A stretch of DNA of 64,000 nt, taken from positions 17,166 through 81,165 of the forward strand of contig JBKHIT010000018.1 of NCBI GenBank assembly GCA_046538485.1. The letters run 5' to 3'. The notes below the pieces were generated by a model. It did no database searches and was not told the origin of the DNA. It worked only from the letters and a program-made list of their open reading frames with translations. Shown here in pieces: positions 9,254 through 19,503 of this stretch; within the stretch, counting starts at the first letter, position 1; the number at the start of each line of letters is the position of its first letter. This DNA is from Candidatus Brocadiia bacterium (lineage in GTDB: Bacteria; Planctomycetota; Brocadiia; SM23-32). The position numbers and the translations under genes are program-made.

Positions 9254-11642
9254 TGGGTGGTTCGAACGAATCTTTTGGGCCCTCTATCGCCGCCCGCTGG
9301 CCGTTATTATCGGGCTGGTGACCGTGGCGTTGCTGTCCCTGCTGGGGCTGAAAACAATTCCCTATGAGGGGGGGTTGGTGGCGATGCTGCCCGAGGGAAG
9401 CCGGGGCCGCAGGACAGTGGAATTTCTCCGCGATGCCCAGTTCGCCGACAAAGTTGCCGTAAGCATCACAGCCGAAGATCCAGACAGCGGCGTGGCGGAT
9501 CTCATCGCCGTTATGGATGAACTGCGGGGGCAACTTGTAGACTCCTCTCTTATACGCCGCGTACAAACCCTGCCGGGTGGCAAAAACATGATGAAAGAGC
9601 TGGTATTCTTCCTCGATCATGCCCCCGAACTCCTCAGCGAGAACGACCTCGAAGGTTTGGAGAATCGGTTGAGCCAGGAAAAAATTCAAAAACGGATCAG
9701 AGAGTGTTACGTCAAACTGGCCCGCCCCGAAGGATCTTTTATGCAGGAGATTCTCCGACGAGATCCTCTCGGTATAAGCACTGTTATTCTGCAGCGTCTC
9801 CAAAAAATACCCGAGGCATCCGGTTATCATGTGATGGTTCAGAATGGTCACCTGATTCATCCTGACAAGCGACACGGCCTGCTGGTTATGGATGCTGCGA
9901 TTTCTATTACCGATGGGGTGGGCTCGCGTCATCTTGTCGAAATGTTGCGGGAAACCACGTCGGATCTGCCCGATGGTTACACAGCAGATATTGTCTGCGG
10001 TCACCTGCATACAGTCAGTAACGAAGATCGTCTGCGTGCGGATATCCGCCTCACGGCGACCGTGGCGGGAGTAGGATTCTTCGCCCTGTTTCTTCTCATT
10101 TTCCGGGACATTCGTGCCGCACTCATATTCTTCATACCAGCAATATCAATATTGGTCGCCGTTAACGGAGCCAGCTTTTTCATCCCGGAACTCTCTTATC
10201 TGGTGTTGGGTTTTGCACCCGTTATGGCGGGGATAGCCGTGGATTACGGCATCCACACCTTCATCGCCGTCCGGGACGGCAAAAACCCCTACGCCGCCGT
10301 GCGGCGCATAATCAGGCCCCTGATCATCGGCGCTTTGACCACCGAATGCGTGTTTTTGGCGTTCTCTGTCTCCTCAATACCAGGCTACCGCCAGCTGGGC
10401 GGCCTGGCACTCGCAAGCATGGCTCTGTCGCTCTTTGGGGCTATTCTACTGTTGCCTCCGCTTGTAAAATATCCTGACTACTATCTGAAAATTGATCCCC
10501 AGGATGCACCGGAAGGGAAAAAAGGCTGGGCCATCTTCTTTCTTATCTCCCTGGGAATCGCCGGGCTCTTAACAACAAACCTCCAGATCGATCCCGGAGT
10601 GACAAAACTCGACGGCATCAGTGACGATATTTTGCAAACTGAAAAAGAATTTAAACAACTTTGGGGCGGAGGAAAGGGCGGACAGGCAATCGCGGTAATC
10701 GGGGGCAAAACTTACGAAGAAACCGCTCGTCGCTGCGATAAATTCCACAAACATATCAACTCGGCTCTTCCTAAACTGAACTTCATCAGCCGCAGTTCGG
10801 TCTGGCCCGCCAGGGCAAACCGCACCAAAAACGCCAGACGCTGGGAGGATTTTTGGACAGCCGACCGTATCGAAAAAGTCCGCTCCAATGTGAGTGTGGC
10901 CGCCGAAAAGTATGGTTTCGCCGAAAATGCTTTCACACCTTTCTTCGACCTGATTACCGAAGAATACACGGTGAGTTCCCAAACAAAAAAATCTATCATC
11001 CTGGAGCAGCTGGAACGGCGGTTTGTTAAAAAACGCAAAGGAGGCTATTGGTTTCTGGGATTCTTCCCGGATAACCCGGGCACGGTTGAAGCGGTGGCGA
11101 AAGAAGCCGAAAAATCCCCCTACAGTTTTGTGGTATCGCCCCGATCCCTCACCGGTACCCTGGCCGATTCGATCAGTTCAGAGGCCTTGCGGATTTCTCT
11201 GATCGCCGGCAGCTTAATCCTGTTCTTTACATTTTTCCTGATGCGAAATATCCGCCTGTCCCTGGCGGCATTGCTCCCCGCGGCCACCGGCGTAATTTGG
11301 TTGCTCGCGGTGATGTCAATATGCAACTTGCCCGTCAATGTGGCTAATCTCATCGCGGGAATTGTCGTAATAGGACTCTGTATTGATTATGGTATCTTTA
11401 TGGCACATGGCTGGGCGCAAGGCGCCAGGGTCCTCGTGCCGACATTGCAGGCAGTCACGCTCTCGGCCATCACTACGTTAATTGGCGCAGGCGTATTGGT
11501 TTTTGCCAAACATCCTGCTCTGTTCTCAATCGGCATCACATTGGTTTTGGGAATATTTACAGGTTATGGAACGGCCGCTCTCGGCGTGCCGGGAATGTGC
11601 TCGTTGCTCGGGATCGATTCGGCGAAAGGAGATTCAGAATGA
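9246..11642 (+). CDS. MMPL/RND-family lipid exporter
   Basis: Two repeats of membrane helices with GIAVDYGIH and GLCIDYGIF motifs. Confidence 0.88.
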   Translation: MSNGWFERIFWALYRRPLAVIIGLVTVALLSLLGLKTIPYEGGLVAMLPEGSRGRRTVEFLRDAQFADKVAVSITAEDPDSGVADLIAVMDELRGQLVDSSLIRRVQTLPGGKNMMKELVFFLDHAPELLSENDLEGLENRLSQEKIQKRIRECYVKLARPEGSFMQEILRRDPLGISTVILQRLQKIPEASGYHVMVQNGHLIHPDKRHGLLVMDAAISITDGVGSRHLVEMLRETTSDLPDGYTADIVCGHLHTVSNEDRLRADIRLTATVAGVGFFALFLLIFRDIRAALIFFIPAISILVAVNGASFFIPELSYLVLGFAPVMAGIAVDYGIHTFIAVRDGKNPYAAVRRIIRPLIIGALTTECVFLAFSVSSIPGYRQLGGLALASMALSLFGAILLLPPLVKYPDYYLKIDPQDAPEGKKGWAIFFLISLGIAGLLTTNLQIDPGVTKLDGISDDILQTEKEFKQLWGGGKGGQAIAVIGGKTYEETARRCDKFHKHINSALPKLNFISRSSVWPARANRTKNARRWEDFWTADRIEKVRSNVSVAAEKYGFAENAFTPFFDLITEEYTVSSQTKKSIILEQLERRFVKKRKGGYWFLGFFPDNPGTVEAVAKEAEKSPYSFVVSPRSLTGTLADSISSEALRISLIAGSLILFFTFFLMRNIRLSLAALLPAATGVIWLLAVMSICNLPVNVANLIAGIVVIGLCIDYGIFMAHGWAQGARVLVPTLQAVTLSAITTLIGAGVLVFAKHPALFSIGITLVLGIFTGYGTAALGVPGMCSLLGIDSAKGDSE

Positions 11643-12361
11643 AACGATCATTAGTGATGGGTTGCCTGATAGGGGTGGTCCTGACCGGTTGCTACAGTCC
11701 TCCCTTCGAACAAACCGAACTCGTCTCGGTCGAAAATGTAAGCCCGGAAACAGTTTCGTGGAACTTCCAACAGCAGATTGCTCCCGCGTTCGAGAGCGAG
11801 GAGAGGTTGGTTTTCCGCGTTTTCTTGGGCTGGAAGAAAATCGCCGTCCTCGGCCTCACTCGGCTCGACCGCGAGGACCGGACACTTGAAGCCCTTTGCC
11901 TCAACCATCTGGGAGTCTCTCTTTTCCATATCAAGGGGACTCCGGATGAAACGAAACTCCGCTATGGCCTCCCTGAATTCAAAAAACACAAAAAATTCCC
12001 TCTGGCGGTCGGAACCGATATCCGCCGCATCTGTTTCGATCTTGTCCCGGCAGAAAACGCCAAAGTCATAGCAAAGCCCAAGCGCATAATCTTCCGCCAA
12101 AAACAAGACGGAGGTATTTTGGAATATGTTTTCGGGGGGCCGAACGTGTTATTGCTGGAGAAACGCTTCTTCAATAAGTGCTTCTTTGGCAGGAAGTTGC
12201 GTTGGAAAGTTCAATATTTCGAGTACCAGGAAAAAGACGATTACGTTTATCCGCGAGGCATTGTCCTTTACAATCGGAAGAATCATTACAGGTTGATCGC
12301 CCAAAGACGTAAAATCATCTTTGATACGGAACGAGCGCAGAATCGGGAAGCGCAGCCGTGA
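11639..12361 (+). CDS. Lipoprotein (DUF3261-like, typical of aryl-polyene-type clusters)
   Basis: Lipobox VLTGC; LNHLGVSLF and HYRLI segments; position after MMPL with ATGA overlap. Confidence 0.6.
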   Translation: MKRSLVMGCLIGVVLTGCYSPPFEQTELVSVENVSPETVSWNFQQQIAPAFESEERLVFRVFLGWKKIAVLGLTRLDREDRTLEALCLNHLGVSLFHIKGTPDETKLRYGLPEFKKHKKFPLAVGTDIRRICFDLVPAENAKVIAKPKRIIFRQKQDGGILEYVFGGPNVLLLEKRFFNKCFFGRKLRWKVQYFEYQEKDDYVYPRGIVLYNRKNHYRLIAQRRKIIFDTERAQNREAQP

Positions 12362-12744
12362 ATTTGATGCGAGAACAATTGAGAGATGCACTCCTCGTCA
12401 GTTCGTCCGGGGACAATGAGTTTACGGCTGAATTAAAGCTCAGCCCCGATTTTGTGGGGTTCAAAGGCCATTTCCCCGGCACTCCTGTGTTACCCGGTAT
12501 CTGTATTATCGCTGCCGTGATTGTCTCTGCCGAATCGGTGCTGGGGAAAGACCTGAAAATGAAGTACCTGAACGCAGCGAAATTTTTCTCCCCCGTCGAA
12601 CCCGGGGATCGGATGGTAATTACCGGGACTCTAAAGACGGAATCGGCACCCTACTCGGTCCGCGCACAAATCACTCGCGATCAGGAGAGAATCGCAAAGG
12701 TTTCCCTCCAGGTCGATCCTGTAACATCAGACGCTCAGGACTGA
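12358..12744 (+). CDS. 3-hydroxyacyl-ACP dehydratase (FabZ/ApeI-like)
   Basis: FKGHFPGTPVLPG and AKFFSPVEPG motifs. Confidence 0.88.
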   Translation: MNLMREQLRDALLVSSSGDNEFTAELKLSPDFVGFKGHFPGTPVLPGICIIAAVIVSAESVLGKDLKMKYLNAAKFFSPVEPGDRMVITGTLKTESAPYSVRAQITRDQERIAKVSLQVDPVTSDAQD

Positions 12745-12747
12745 GAT

Positions 12748-13239
12748 ATGGGACCAATGCCCCGTCGAAAGAAAAACGGTTATTTCGAACGCTTTCCGGA
12801 CGATCCGGCACCCGTCAGTGTCGATGTGAAACGGAGGGTCTCTTTCAGTGAGGTCGACCCCCTGGGTATCCTCTGGCATGGACGTTATTCCACTTACTTC
12901 GAGCAGGCCAACGAAGAGCTCGGCCGACGCTGTCAGATGAGCTATGTTCATTTCAAAGAGGCCGGGCTCCGAGCCCCGGTTGTCCAGTTCCATCTGGATT
13001 ACTTTGCGCCTCTTGAACTCGCAGAGGAAGCCCGAATCGTTGGCCGTATGATCTGGAATGAAGGGGCGCGAATGAATATTGAATACGAATTATATAAAGA
13101 AAACGGAACTCTCGCTGCTACCGGTTACACGGTCCAGATGTTTGTCACAGCGTCGGGCGAAACCCTCGTCGGTTCTCCCCCGCTCCTTGAACGCTGTCGG
13201 GAACGTTGGACCAGCGGCGAATTCTCGGAGATGCAATGA
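12748..13239 (+). CDS. Acyl-CoA/ACP thioesterase (4HBT/FcbC hotdog family)
   Basis: FSEVDPLGILWHGRYSTYFE motif. Confidence 0.88.
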   Translation: MGPMPRRKKNGYFERFPDDPAPVSVDVKRRVSFSEVDPLGILWHGRYSTYFEQANEELGRRCQMSYVHFKEAGLRAPVVQFHLDYFAPLELAEEARIVGRMIWNEGARMNIEYELYKENGTLAATGYTVQMFVTASGETLVGSPPLLERCRERWTSGEFSEMQ

Positions 13240-14363
13240 ACCCCCTCATCGTTGCTTGCAGTGCGAACACTCCCTACGGACCCGGTCTCCGGAAATGCTG
13301 GGAAGGTCTGATGGCGGGCCGATCCGGCATTCGGTCTGTGGAACGATTTGGTGAAGGCCAATTTATATCCGATTATGCGGCTCTCGTGCCCGATATCCCG
13401 ATGAAGACGGGAAACCGGTTGATGGAACTTCTGGGACCGGTCCTAGAAAATTTGCCGAATTCCTTGCCACCGGAAATTCCCTTGTTTCTCGCTACCACCA
13501 CCGGCCAGATCGATCTACTTGAACAGAGCGTGGAAAAAGGCTCGGGGCAAATCGAGTCAAGCTCGCCTCTCCGGTTGCTCGGTGAATTGCGGCAACTGAC
13601 CGGCATACGCGGGCCCGCGAGAGTCGTCTCCTGCGCGTGCGCGTCCTCCACGGCCGCCGTCGCTCGCGCCGCAAGTGAAGTGCAGGCCGGACACGCCGAA
13701 ACCGCCCTTGTCGTCGGTTGCGACGCCGTCAGCGAATTCGTCTACGCCGGTTTCTCAACCCTAATGGCTATGTCACCTCAACCGGCCCGCCCCTTCGACC
13801 GCGACCGCGACGGGCTGACGGTCGGTGAAGCGGCCGCCGCAACCTTCGTTATGAACCCGTCGCAAGCGGGCGCCGGAAAGTATCAGCCGCTGGCTGAGGT
13901 TCTGGGCTGGGGATACACCAATGATGCCAATCACATGACCGGCCCGTCGCGTGACGGTAAAGGGTTGAAAAGGGCCATCGAAATCGCACTCGATATGGCC
14001 GCCTGCGCCCCCGAGGACATCGCATTCGTTAATGCCCACGGAACGGGCACTGTTTACAACGATGCCATGGAAATGAAAGCTCTCAGACAGGTTTTCGGCG
14101 ACAATCCCAAGCCGGCATACTCGATCAAAGGCGGGACCGGCCACACAATGGGAGCCGCGGGTCTGTTGGAAATCCTGTTGACCGCTGAGTCTTTGAAAGA
14201 AGCAATCATCCCCCCTACCGTCGGGATGGACGAACCGGACGAGCAAGCTCAAGGGTGGGTAAAAACAGAACCCGTTTCAGTTCCCGCAAATCGTCCGGCC
14301 CTCAGCGTTAATTCCGGTTTCGGCGGTGTTAACGTGGCCGTGGTTCTCCAGAAAACGCCCTGA
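13236..14363 (+). CDS. Beta-ketoacyl-ACP synthase 1 (FabF/ApeO-like)
   Basis: Cys-His-His triad: SCACASS, NAHGTGT, GHTMG; PFDRDRDG and NSGFGG motifs. Confidence 0.92.
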   Translation: MNPLIVACSANTPYGPGLRKCWEGLMAGRSGIRSVERFGEGQFISDYAALVPDIPMKTGNRLMELLGPVLENLPNSLPPEIPLFLATTTGQIDLLEQSVEKGSGQIESSSPLRLLGELRQLTGIRGPARVVSCACASSTAAVARAASEVQAGHAETALVVGCDAVSEFVYAGFSTLMAMSPQPARPFDRDRDGLTVGEAAAATFVMNPSQAGAGKYQPLAEVLGWGYTNDANHMTGPSRDGKGLKRAIEIALDMAACAPEDIAFVNAHGTGTVYNDAMEMKALRQVFGDNPKPAYSIKGGTGHTMGAAGLLEILLTAESLKEAIIPPTVGMDEPDEQAQGWVKTEPVSVPANRPALSVNSGFGGVNVAVVLQKTP

Positions 14364-14418
14364 AAAACTTTATCCGATCCTGCGGAATCCACTCAAGAAC
14401 AGAAAAACAAATACGGAC

Positions 14419-15123
14419 ATGACAAAACCAGATTCCAGTGTGCCTGCGATGATATCCGCGGGATGGGTGCGGCCCCGGAGTGGAGGCCATTGGACCGGAG
14501 ACGCATGCGACGAAGCACCGGTCGCAGACGTGAACGAGCTTTTTACAAAAGAAATTCTCAATCATACAAATGTAAAAAATCACGGTCGATTTCCGGATGG
14601 CACACGAGCGGTCTGTTCGGCCTGCGCTCTGGCATTGAAAGGCGCCGGACTCTGGCCAGGAGACCAAAAGAGACCAAACACCGGTCTTCTGATCGCCGGA
14701 TACGATCACACATTGATGCAGAACTGCTCTTTTTTTCAGGACTACATTGATAACGATAGGATAATAGCCCGTGGACAGCTATTCATCTACACCCTCCCGA
14801 CAAGCGCGGTTGCTGAAGCGGCCATCCTGCTCAAAGCAGAAGGTCCTCTGCTCTTCGAAGAATCCGGAAAAGCACCTTTCGCGAATTTGTTGAACGTGGG
14901 GGAGGGCCTTATCAACTCCGGGCAGGCCGAACGGATGATGCTTGTCTGGCAGAATACCGAAACGACTCTCTGCGGTCTGCTCGATGGCACATCGGCCGGG
15001 GCCAGCGGGAATTCGAATCAACATCTGATAACAATTGCCCAGAAATGGAATAACCCCGTCGACGGAATTGACTTTTTTCGCGACCAAACATCGGGCAGAA
15101 ACGAAAAAGAAAGAACGACATGA
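14419..15123 (+). CDS. Ketosynthase-like partner (chain-length-factor-like, non-catalytic)
   Basis: KS N-terminal-like segment (LFIYTLPTSAVAEAAI...GP) without the catalytic triad; follows KS1. Confidence 0.7.
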   Translation: MTKPDSSVPAMISAGWVRPRSGGHWTGDACDEAPVADVNELFTKEILNHTNVKNHGRFPDGTRAVCSACALALKGAGLWPGDQKRPNTGLLIAGYDHTLMQNCSFFQDYIDNDRIIARGQLFIYTLPTSAVAEAAILLKAEGPLLFEESGKAPFANLLNVGEGLINSGQAERMMLVWQNTETTLCGLLDGTSAGASGNSNQHLITIAQKWNNPVDGIDFFRDQTSGRNEKERTT

Positions 15124-16370
15124 TGAAGGTTAAACTGATTTACCCAAGGTGGCCAAAACTCAGAAACCAACCGGAGTTTGACCTCCCACCTCACGCCCCT
15201 GTTGTGGTTGCAGCGGCCTTTCCAGACGACGTTGAAATATCTTTCTGCGATGAAAACGTCTCCGAATTGAACTTCCAGGAAGACGCCGACCTGATCGCCA
15301 TTTCCTGCCTGCTGACCTGTCAGATGCCCCGGGCCTGGGAGATTGGTGACCGCTACCGGGAATTGGGCAAACCCGTGATTTTCGGTGGGATCGGCACAAT
15401 GCTCCACGCCGATGAGACCCAACAGCACGCCGACAGCGTTTTTATCGGCGAAGCCGAGGGGCGAATAGAAGAAGTAATCAGAGATGCCAAACACGATGAG
15501 CTAAAACCGCGTTACGACTATTTCCACGATTGGCCCGACCTCGAAACCGTCGGTCCGGCACGACGCGATATTTTGGAAAAGGAAAAATACAGCTTCCGAA
15601 ACGTTCAAATGGTCGACCTTGTCCACGCGTCCCGAGGATGCCGGTTCAACTGTTTCCCCTGCTGCACCCCGTATCTGGGCGGTCGCCAGTTCCGCCCTCG
15701 TCCCATGGATAAAGTCGTCGAAGAAGTCGCCGGGATCGAGAACAACCGTCTGTTTTTTGTCGACAATTCGATGGCCCAGGATGACGAGTGGGAGAAAGAA
15801 CTTTTCCGGGCTATCGCCCCGCTGAAAAAAAAGTGGATCTCCCATCCAATCAAAGATGATCCGGAAATCATGGATCTGGCCGCCGAAGCCGGTTGCTGGT
15901 ACGTCTATCAAGCCATTATCAACACCTCTGAGGTCATCGCTAACCGCATTCGGCGTCTCAAGGAACGCGGGATCGGCGTCGAAGGAACCGTCATCCTTGG
16001 CACAGACGATCAGGATGTGGATTCCATAAAACGTCTCGTAGACTTTCTGCTTGAGCTGGAACTCGACCTGGCAGAATTTACCATACTTACACCTTTCCCC
16101 GAGACCCCAATCCGGCGCGAATATGAGGAGCAAAATCGCATACTCAGTAACGATTGGATCAAATATACCTGCGACGAAACGGTTTTCCAGCCCGCCCAAT
16201 TGACCATCGATGAACTCTACGAAATGTATGAATACGCCTGGGATCAATTTTACTCCGACTGCAGCATCGAACTGAAAATGGCCAAACTTTACGTCGATGT
16301 GATCAGCAAGGAAAAAGCCGACGGCACTTATAAAGGAACCAAAGACTCCGGGCCAAAATGGGGGCGCTAA
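15120..16370 (+). CDS. Cobalamin-binding radical SAM protein
   Basis: N-terminal B12-binding domain (VIFGG...FIGEAE), SRGCRFNCFPC, TPFPET. Confidence 0.9.
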   Translation: MMKVKLIYPRWPKLRNQPEFDLPPHAPVVVAAAFPDDVEISFCDENVSELNFQEDADLIAISCLLTCQMPRAWEIGDRYRELGKPVIFGGIGTMLHADETQQHADSVFIGEAEGRIEEVIRDAKHDELKPRYDYFHDWPDLETVGPARRDILEKEKYSFRNVQMVDLVHASRGCRFNCFPCCTPYLGGRQFRPRPMDKVVEEVAGIENNRLFFVDNSMAQDDEWEKELFRAIAPLKKKWISHPIKDDPEIMDLAAEAGCWYVYQAIINTSEVIANRIRRLKERGIGVEGTVILGTDDQDVDSIKRLVDFLLELELDLAEFTILTPFPETPIRREYEEQNRILSNDWIKYTCDETVFQPAQLTIDELYEMYEYAWDQFYSDCSIELKMAKLYVDVISKEKADGTYKGTKDSGPKWGR

Positions 16371-16375
16371 AAAGA

Positions 16376-17722
16376 ATGAAAATTCTGCTGATATCTGCCA
16401 ATACCGCAAAGATGCCCTACCCGGTTTATCCCCTCGGGTTGAGTATCGTCGCCGCCGCAGCCCGGGAAGCCGGTCACCAGGTGCAATATTTCGATTTTCT
16501 CCAGAGTGATATGTCGTTCAGCGCGCTGGAAAAAACTATCGAAAAAGAATCGCCAGACGTGATCGGAATCTCAATACGTAACATCGATAATGTCAATATC
16601 CTGCGCGAAGAATGCTACCTCGAAAAGGTACGGCGTATCGTCGAATTGCTGCGGGAAATATCAAACGCCAAAATTGTGCTCGGTGGCTCGGCTTTTTCCA
16701 TTATGCCGGAACCAATACTCAAAACCGTTGGCGGAGACTACGGAATCTGCGGAGAAGGCGAACAGGTCTTCGTCCGGTTCCTCAATGAAGCCGAAAAAGG
16801 GAATTACCCGCCGACCGGCACTATCCTGTCAGGCGACGACTACCTCGGGGGTGATGCCATGCCTTCCCCTTACTACGAAAAGGACCTGCTGGCAAGATAC
16901 CTGGAAAGCGGCAGCGTAACTCCTGTCCAGACCAAACGCGGCTGCCCCCATAACTGCCTCTATTGCTCCTACCCGGCGCTGGAAGGACACAAGCTGCGCC
17001 CACGCGATCCCGTCCAGGTCGTCGACGATATCGAAGCCCTGCAGAACGAACATGAAGTGAGTTATGTTTTTTTTACGGATTCCGTCTTCAATGACAGCAA
17101 AGGCCTCTTCCTGGAAGTTGTGCGGGAGATGAAAAAAAGAGGGATCAGAATCCCCTGGTCCGCATTCTTCAACCCTGCAAACATCACACCGGAAAACGTG
17201 GCGGAGATGAAAGAAACGGGACTGCGTGCCGCGGAGGTGGGTTCCGATGCCGCCTGTGACGAAACACTCAAAGGCCAGCGCAAACCTTTCACCTGGGCGG
17301 ATGTGATCAGAGCAAACGACATCTTTCGAGACGGCGGCGTTTCAACGGCACACTATTTCATGTTCGGGGGACCCGGCGAAACCCGCGAAACTGTCAAAAA
17401 AGGAATCGAAAACATAAAAAACCTCGATTGTTCCGCCGTTTTCGTGTTCCTGGGCATACGCATCTTGCCGCGCACCGAATTGAAGGAAGTCGCAATTCGC
17501 GAAAGCCTCGTCTCTGCCGACAATGAGCTGCTGGAACCGGTTTACTACTTTTCGCCGGCACTGGATCGGGACTGGCTCGAGAAAACGCTCAACGAAGCTT
17601 TCGAGCCGCTTCGATACGTCGTGTACCCTCCCAACGCAATGGATGACAAACTCCAGATGCTCCACAAACTCGGCCATACCGGCGCGCTCTGGGACCTGCT
17701 GTCCGCATTGCCAGAAAATTAA
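16376..17722 (+). CDS. Cobalamin-binding radical SAM protein, lipid-biosynthesis type
   Basis: PYPVYPLGL, GISIRNIDN, GEGE, TKRGCPHNCLYC, FTDSVFN, FGGPGET; resembles the lipid-biosynthesis B12/rSAM family (TIGR04072, recalled, not searched). Confidence 0.88.
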   Translation: MKILLISANTAKMPYPVYPLGLSIVAAAAREAGHQVQYFDFLQSDMSFSALEKTIEKESPDVIGISIRNIDNVNILREECYLEKVRRIVELLREISNAKIVLGGSAFSIMPEPILKTVGGDYGICGEGEQVFVRFLNEAEKGNYPPTGTILSGDDYLGGDAMPSPYYEKDLLARYLESGSVTPVQTKRGCPHNCLYCSYPALEGHKLRPRDPVQVVDDIEALQNEHEVSYVFFTDSVFNDSKGLFLEVVREMKKRGIRIPWSAFFNPANITPENVAEMKETGLRAAEVGSDAACDETLKGQRKPFTWADVIRANDIFRDGGVSTAHYFMFGGPGETRETVKKGIENIKNLDCSAVFVFLGIRILPRTELKEVAIRESLVSADNELLEPVYYFSPALDRDWLEKTLNEAFEPLRYVVYPPNAMDDKLQMLHKLGHTGALWDLLSALPEN

Positions 17723-17732
17723 CCGTCTCCCG

Positions 17733-17761
17733 TTGATAGCAACGGTCAGCGTGATTATACT
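17733..17761 (+). promoter_or_regulatory. Putative internal sigma70 promoter upstream of ACP2
   Basis: TTGATA-N17-TATACT in the intergenic gap. Confidence 0.5.
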
Positions 17762-17839
17762 TAATGGTCGATTTCCTTTGATAAAACTCGAATGGTGAGC
17801 GCAACATCGGAAGCTGTTCTCGGAAAAAGGATTCCAATT

Positions 17840-18127
17840 TTGGGCAAAGATATCGACGAACTCAAAAAAGAACTGAAAAGACTCCTGATCCAGGATCTGT
17901 CACTTGAAGATATTGAACCGGAAGATATCGAAGATGATACCCCGCTGTTCGGAGATGAAGGAGTAGGGCTCGATTCACTCGATGGCGTGGAACTGGTCGT
18001 CATGCTTCAAAGAAATTACGGTCTGGAAGTCAAAGAAATGCAAAAGGGTATGGAAATTTTCCAGACCATCAATACACTCGCCGACTACGTAATGGAAAAT
18101 GCCGAGAAATATCCATCAAATTCCTGA
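17840..18127 (+). CDS. Acyl carrier protein 2 (ApeE-like)
   Basis: TPLFGDEGVGLDSLDGVEL motif; TTG start after an AAAAGGA RBS. Confidence 0.92.
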   Translation: MGKDIDELKKELKRLLIQDLSLEDIEPEDIEDDTPLFGDEGVGLDSLDGVELVVMLQRNYGLEVKEMQKGMEIFQTINTLADYVMENAEKYPSNS

Positions 18128-18321
18128 CCCGAACTGGCCTGACGTTCGCTTTCCGATTCCCGCCACGCTTATCCCCCGGCACGAGCAGATTTCGATCTCA
18201 AGAACTGACAAAGATAGATAGCTGTGCGGAGTTCCGAAAAACAGAGCGGTTTTGAATTTTCCGCTCCGTCCTTTTAATTGCCATGCGGTTTCCCCAATAG
18301 TGGGATTAGAGCCAGCTCCTG

Positions 18322-19503
18322 ATGCTACCTCCCATTTATATCACCGGTATAGGGCTTATATCCGCCGCCGGCGGCGATGTGTCGCAGACGTTGTCCTCCT
18401 TCAGGAACGGTGCCCCGGCTGCCGAACCGAAACCTTTCTCCGAAACAACCCTCGATTGCCCCGCTTTCCCGGCGGCCCAAAAGCCCCGATCCTCGCTCTG
18501 CCAGACCGATTGCCCGTCCCGAACCGTCGTCCTCGCCCTCCACGCCGTCGAAGAGGCACTCGAACGCGCCGGTCGACCCGACCGCGAAACAACCCTGCGA
18601 ATCGGGGTCTGTATGGGCACAACCGTCGCCTGCCAGTTGAACAATCTCCGGTTCTACAAACAGTTTCGACAGACCTCCAGACCGTCCCTCGAACCGGTCC
18701 GTGATTTTCTCAATGGCAACCTCGCTCAATTTGTGGCCGCTTCACTCGATGCCCATGGCCCACGGGCAACCGTCGTAAACGCCTGCTCATCGGGCGCCGA
18801 TGCCATAGGAATGGCTGTTCACTGGTTACAAAATGACCTCTGTGATATCGCGGTGGCCGGTGGAGCCGACGAACTGAATCGAATCCCCATCTGCGGTTTC
18901 CACTCGCTCGGAATTATGAGCGACAATCCCTGCAAACCCTTCGACAGAAACCGCGAGGGACTGAACCTCGGCGAAGGTGCCGGCGCGCTCGTGCTCGAAA
19001 GCGAAACCTCCGCGCGGAAACGCGGTCGAGAGCAAGAACTGTTCCTGAAATCATACGCGGCCGGATGCGATGCCCACCATATCACTGCCCCGCACCCGGA
19101 AGGCGTGGGTCTGAAACTCGCGCTGGAATACGCCCTGAAATCGGCAGAGATCAAGCCGGACGATATCGCCTTTGTCAACGCTCACGGCACTGCCACCCCT
19201 GATAACGACCAGGTCGAGGGAAACGTGCTCGCCGAATTTTTCGGCGAAGACCTCGTTTTCCTGTCCACAAAAGGATACACCGGCCATACGCTGGGCGCGG
19301 CGGGCGCGCTCGAAGCCGGTTTCACCGCCCTCGCCCTGCAAGTGGGCTGGCTCCCGGCTAATCGGGGCTTCCAAAACGCCGATCCCGATATCCCGATCTC
19401 CCCCCTCGTCGAGAAGACTCCGATCGTGGGCCGGGCCGCCGTTTCAACATCCCTCGCCTTCGGAGGCAACAACGCAGCCATCGTCATCGGGAGGGGAACA
19501 TGA
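18322..19503 (+). CDS. Beta-ketoacyl-ACP synthase 2
   Basis: NACSSG, NAHGTAT, GHTLG, SLAFGGNN. Confidence 0.92.
   Translation: MLPPIYITGIGLISAAGGDVSQTLSSFRNGAPAAEPKPFSETTLDCPAFPAAQKPRSSLCQTDCPSRTVVLALHAVEEALERAGRPDRETTLRIGVCMGTTVACQLNNLRFYKQFRQTSRPSLEPVRDFLNGNLAQFVAASLDAHGPRATVVNACSSGADAIGMAVHWLQNDLCDIAVAGGADELNRIPICGFHSLGIMSDNPCKPFDRNREGLNLGEGAGALVLESETSARKRGREQELFLKSYAAGCDAHHITAPHPEGVGLKLALEYALKSAEIKPDDIAFVNAHGTATPDNDQVEGNVLAEFFGEDLVFLSTKGYTGHTLGAAGALEAGFTALALQVGWLPANRGFQNADPDIPISPLVEKTPIVGRAAVSTSLAFGGNNAAIVIGRGT

Noticed and set aside
15120..17722. Claim that the organism makes ladderanes or is an anammox bacterium
   Set aside because: Similar clusters occur in non-ladderane anaerobes, and no anammox marker gene is in the window.
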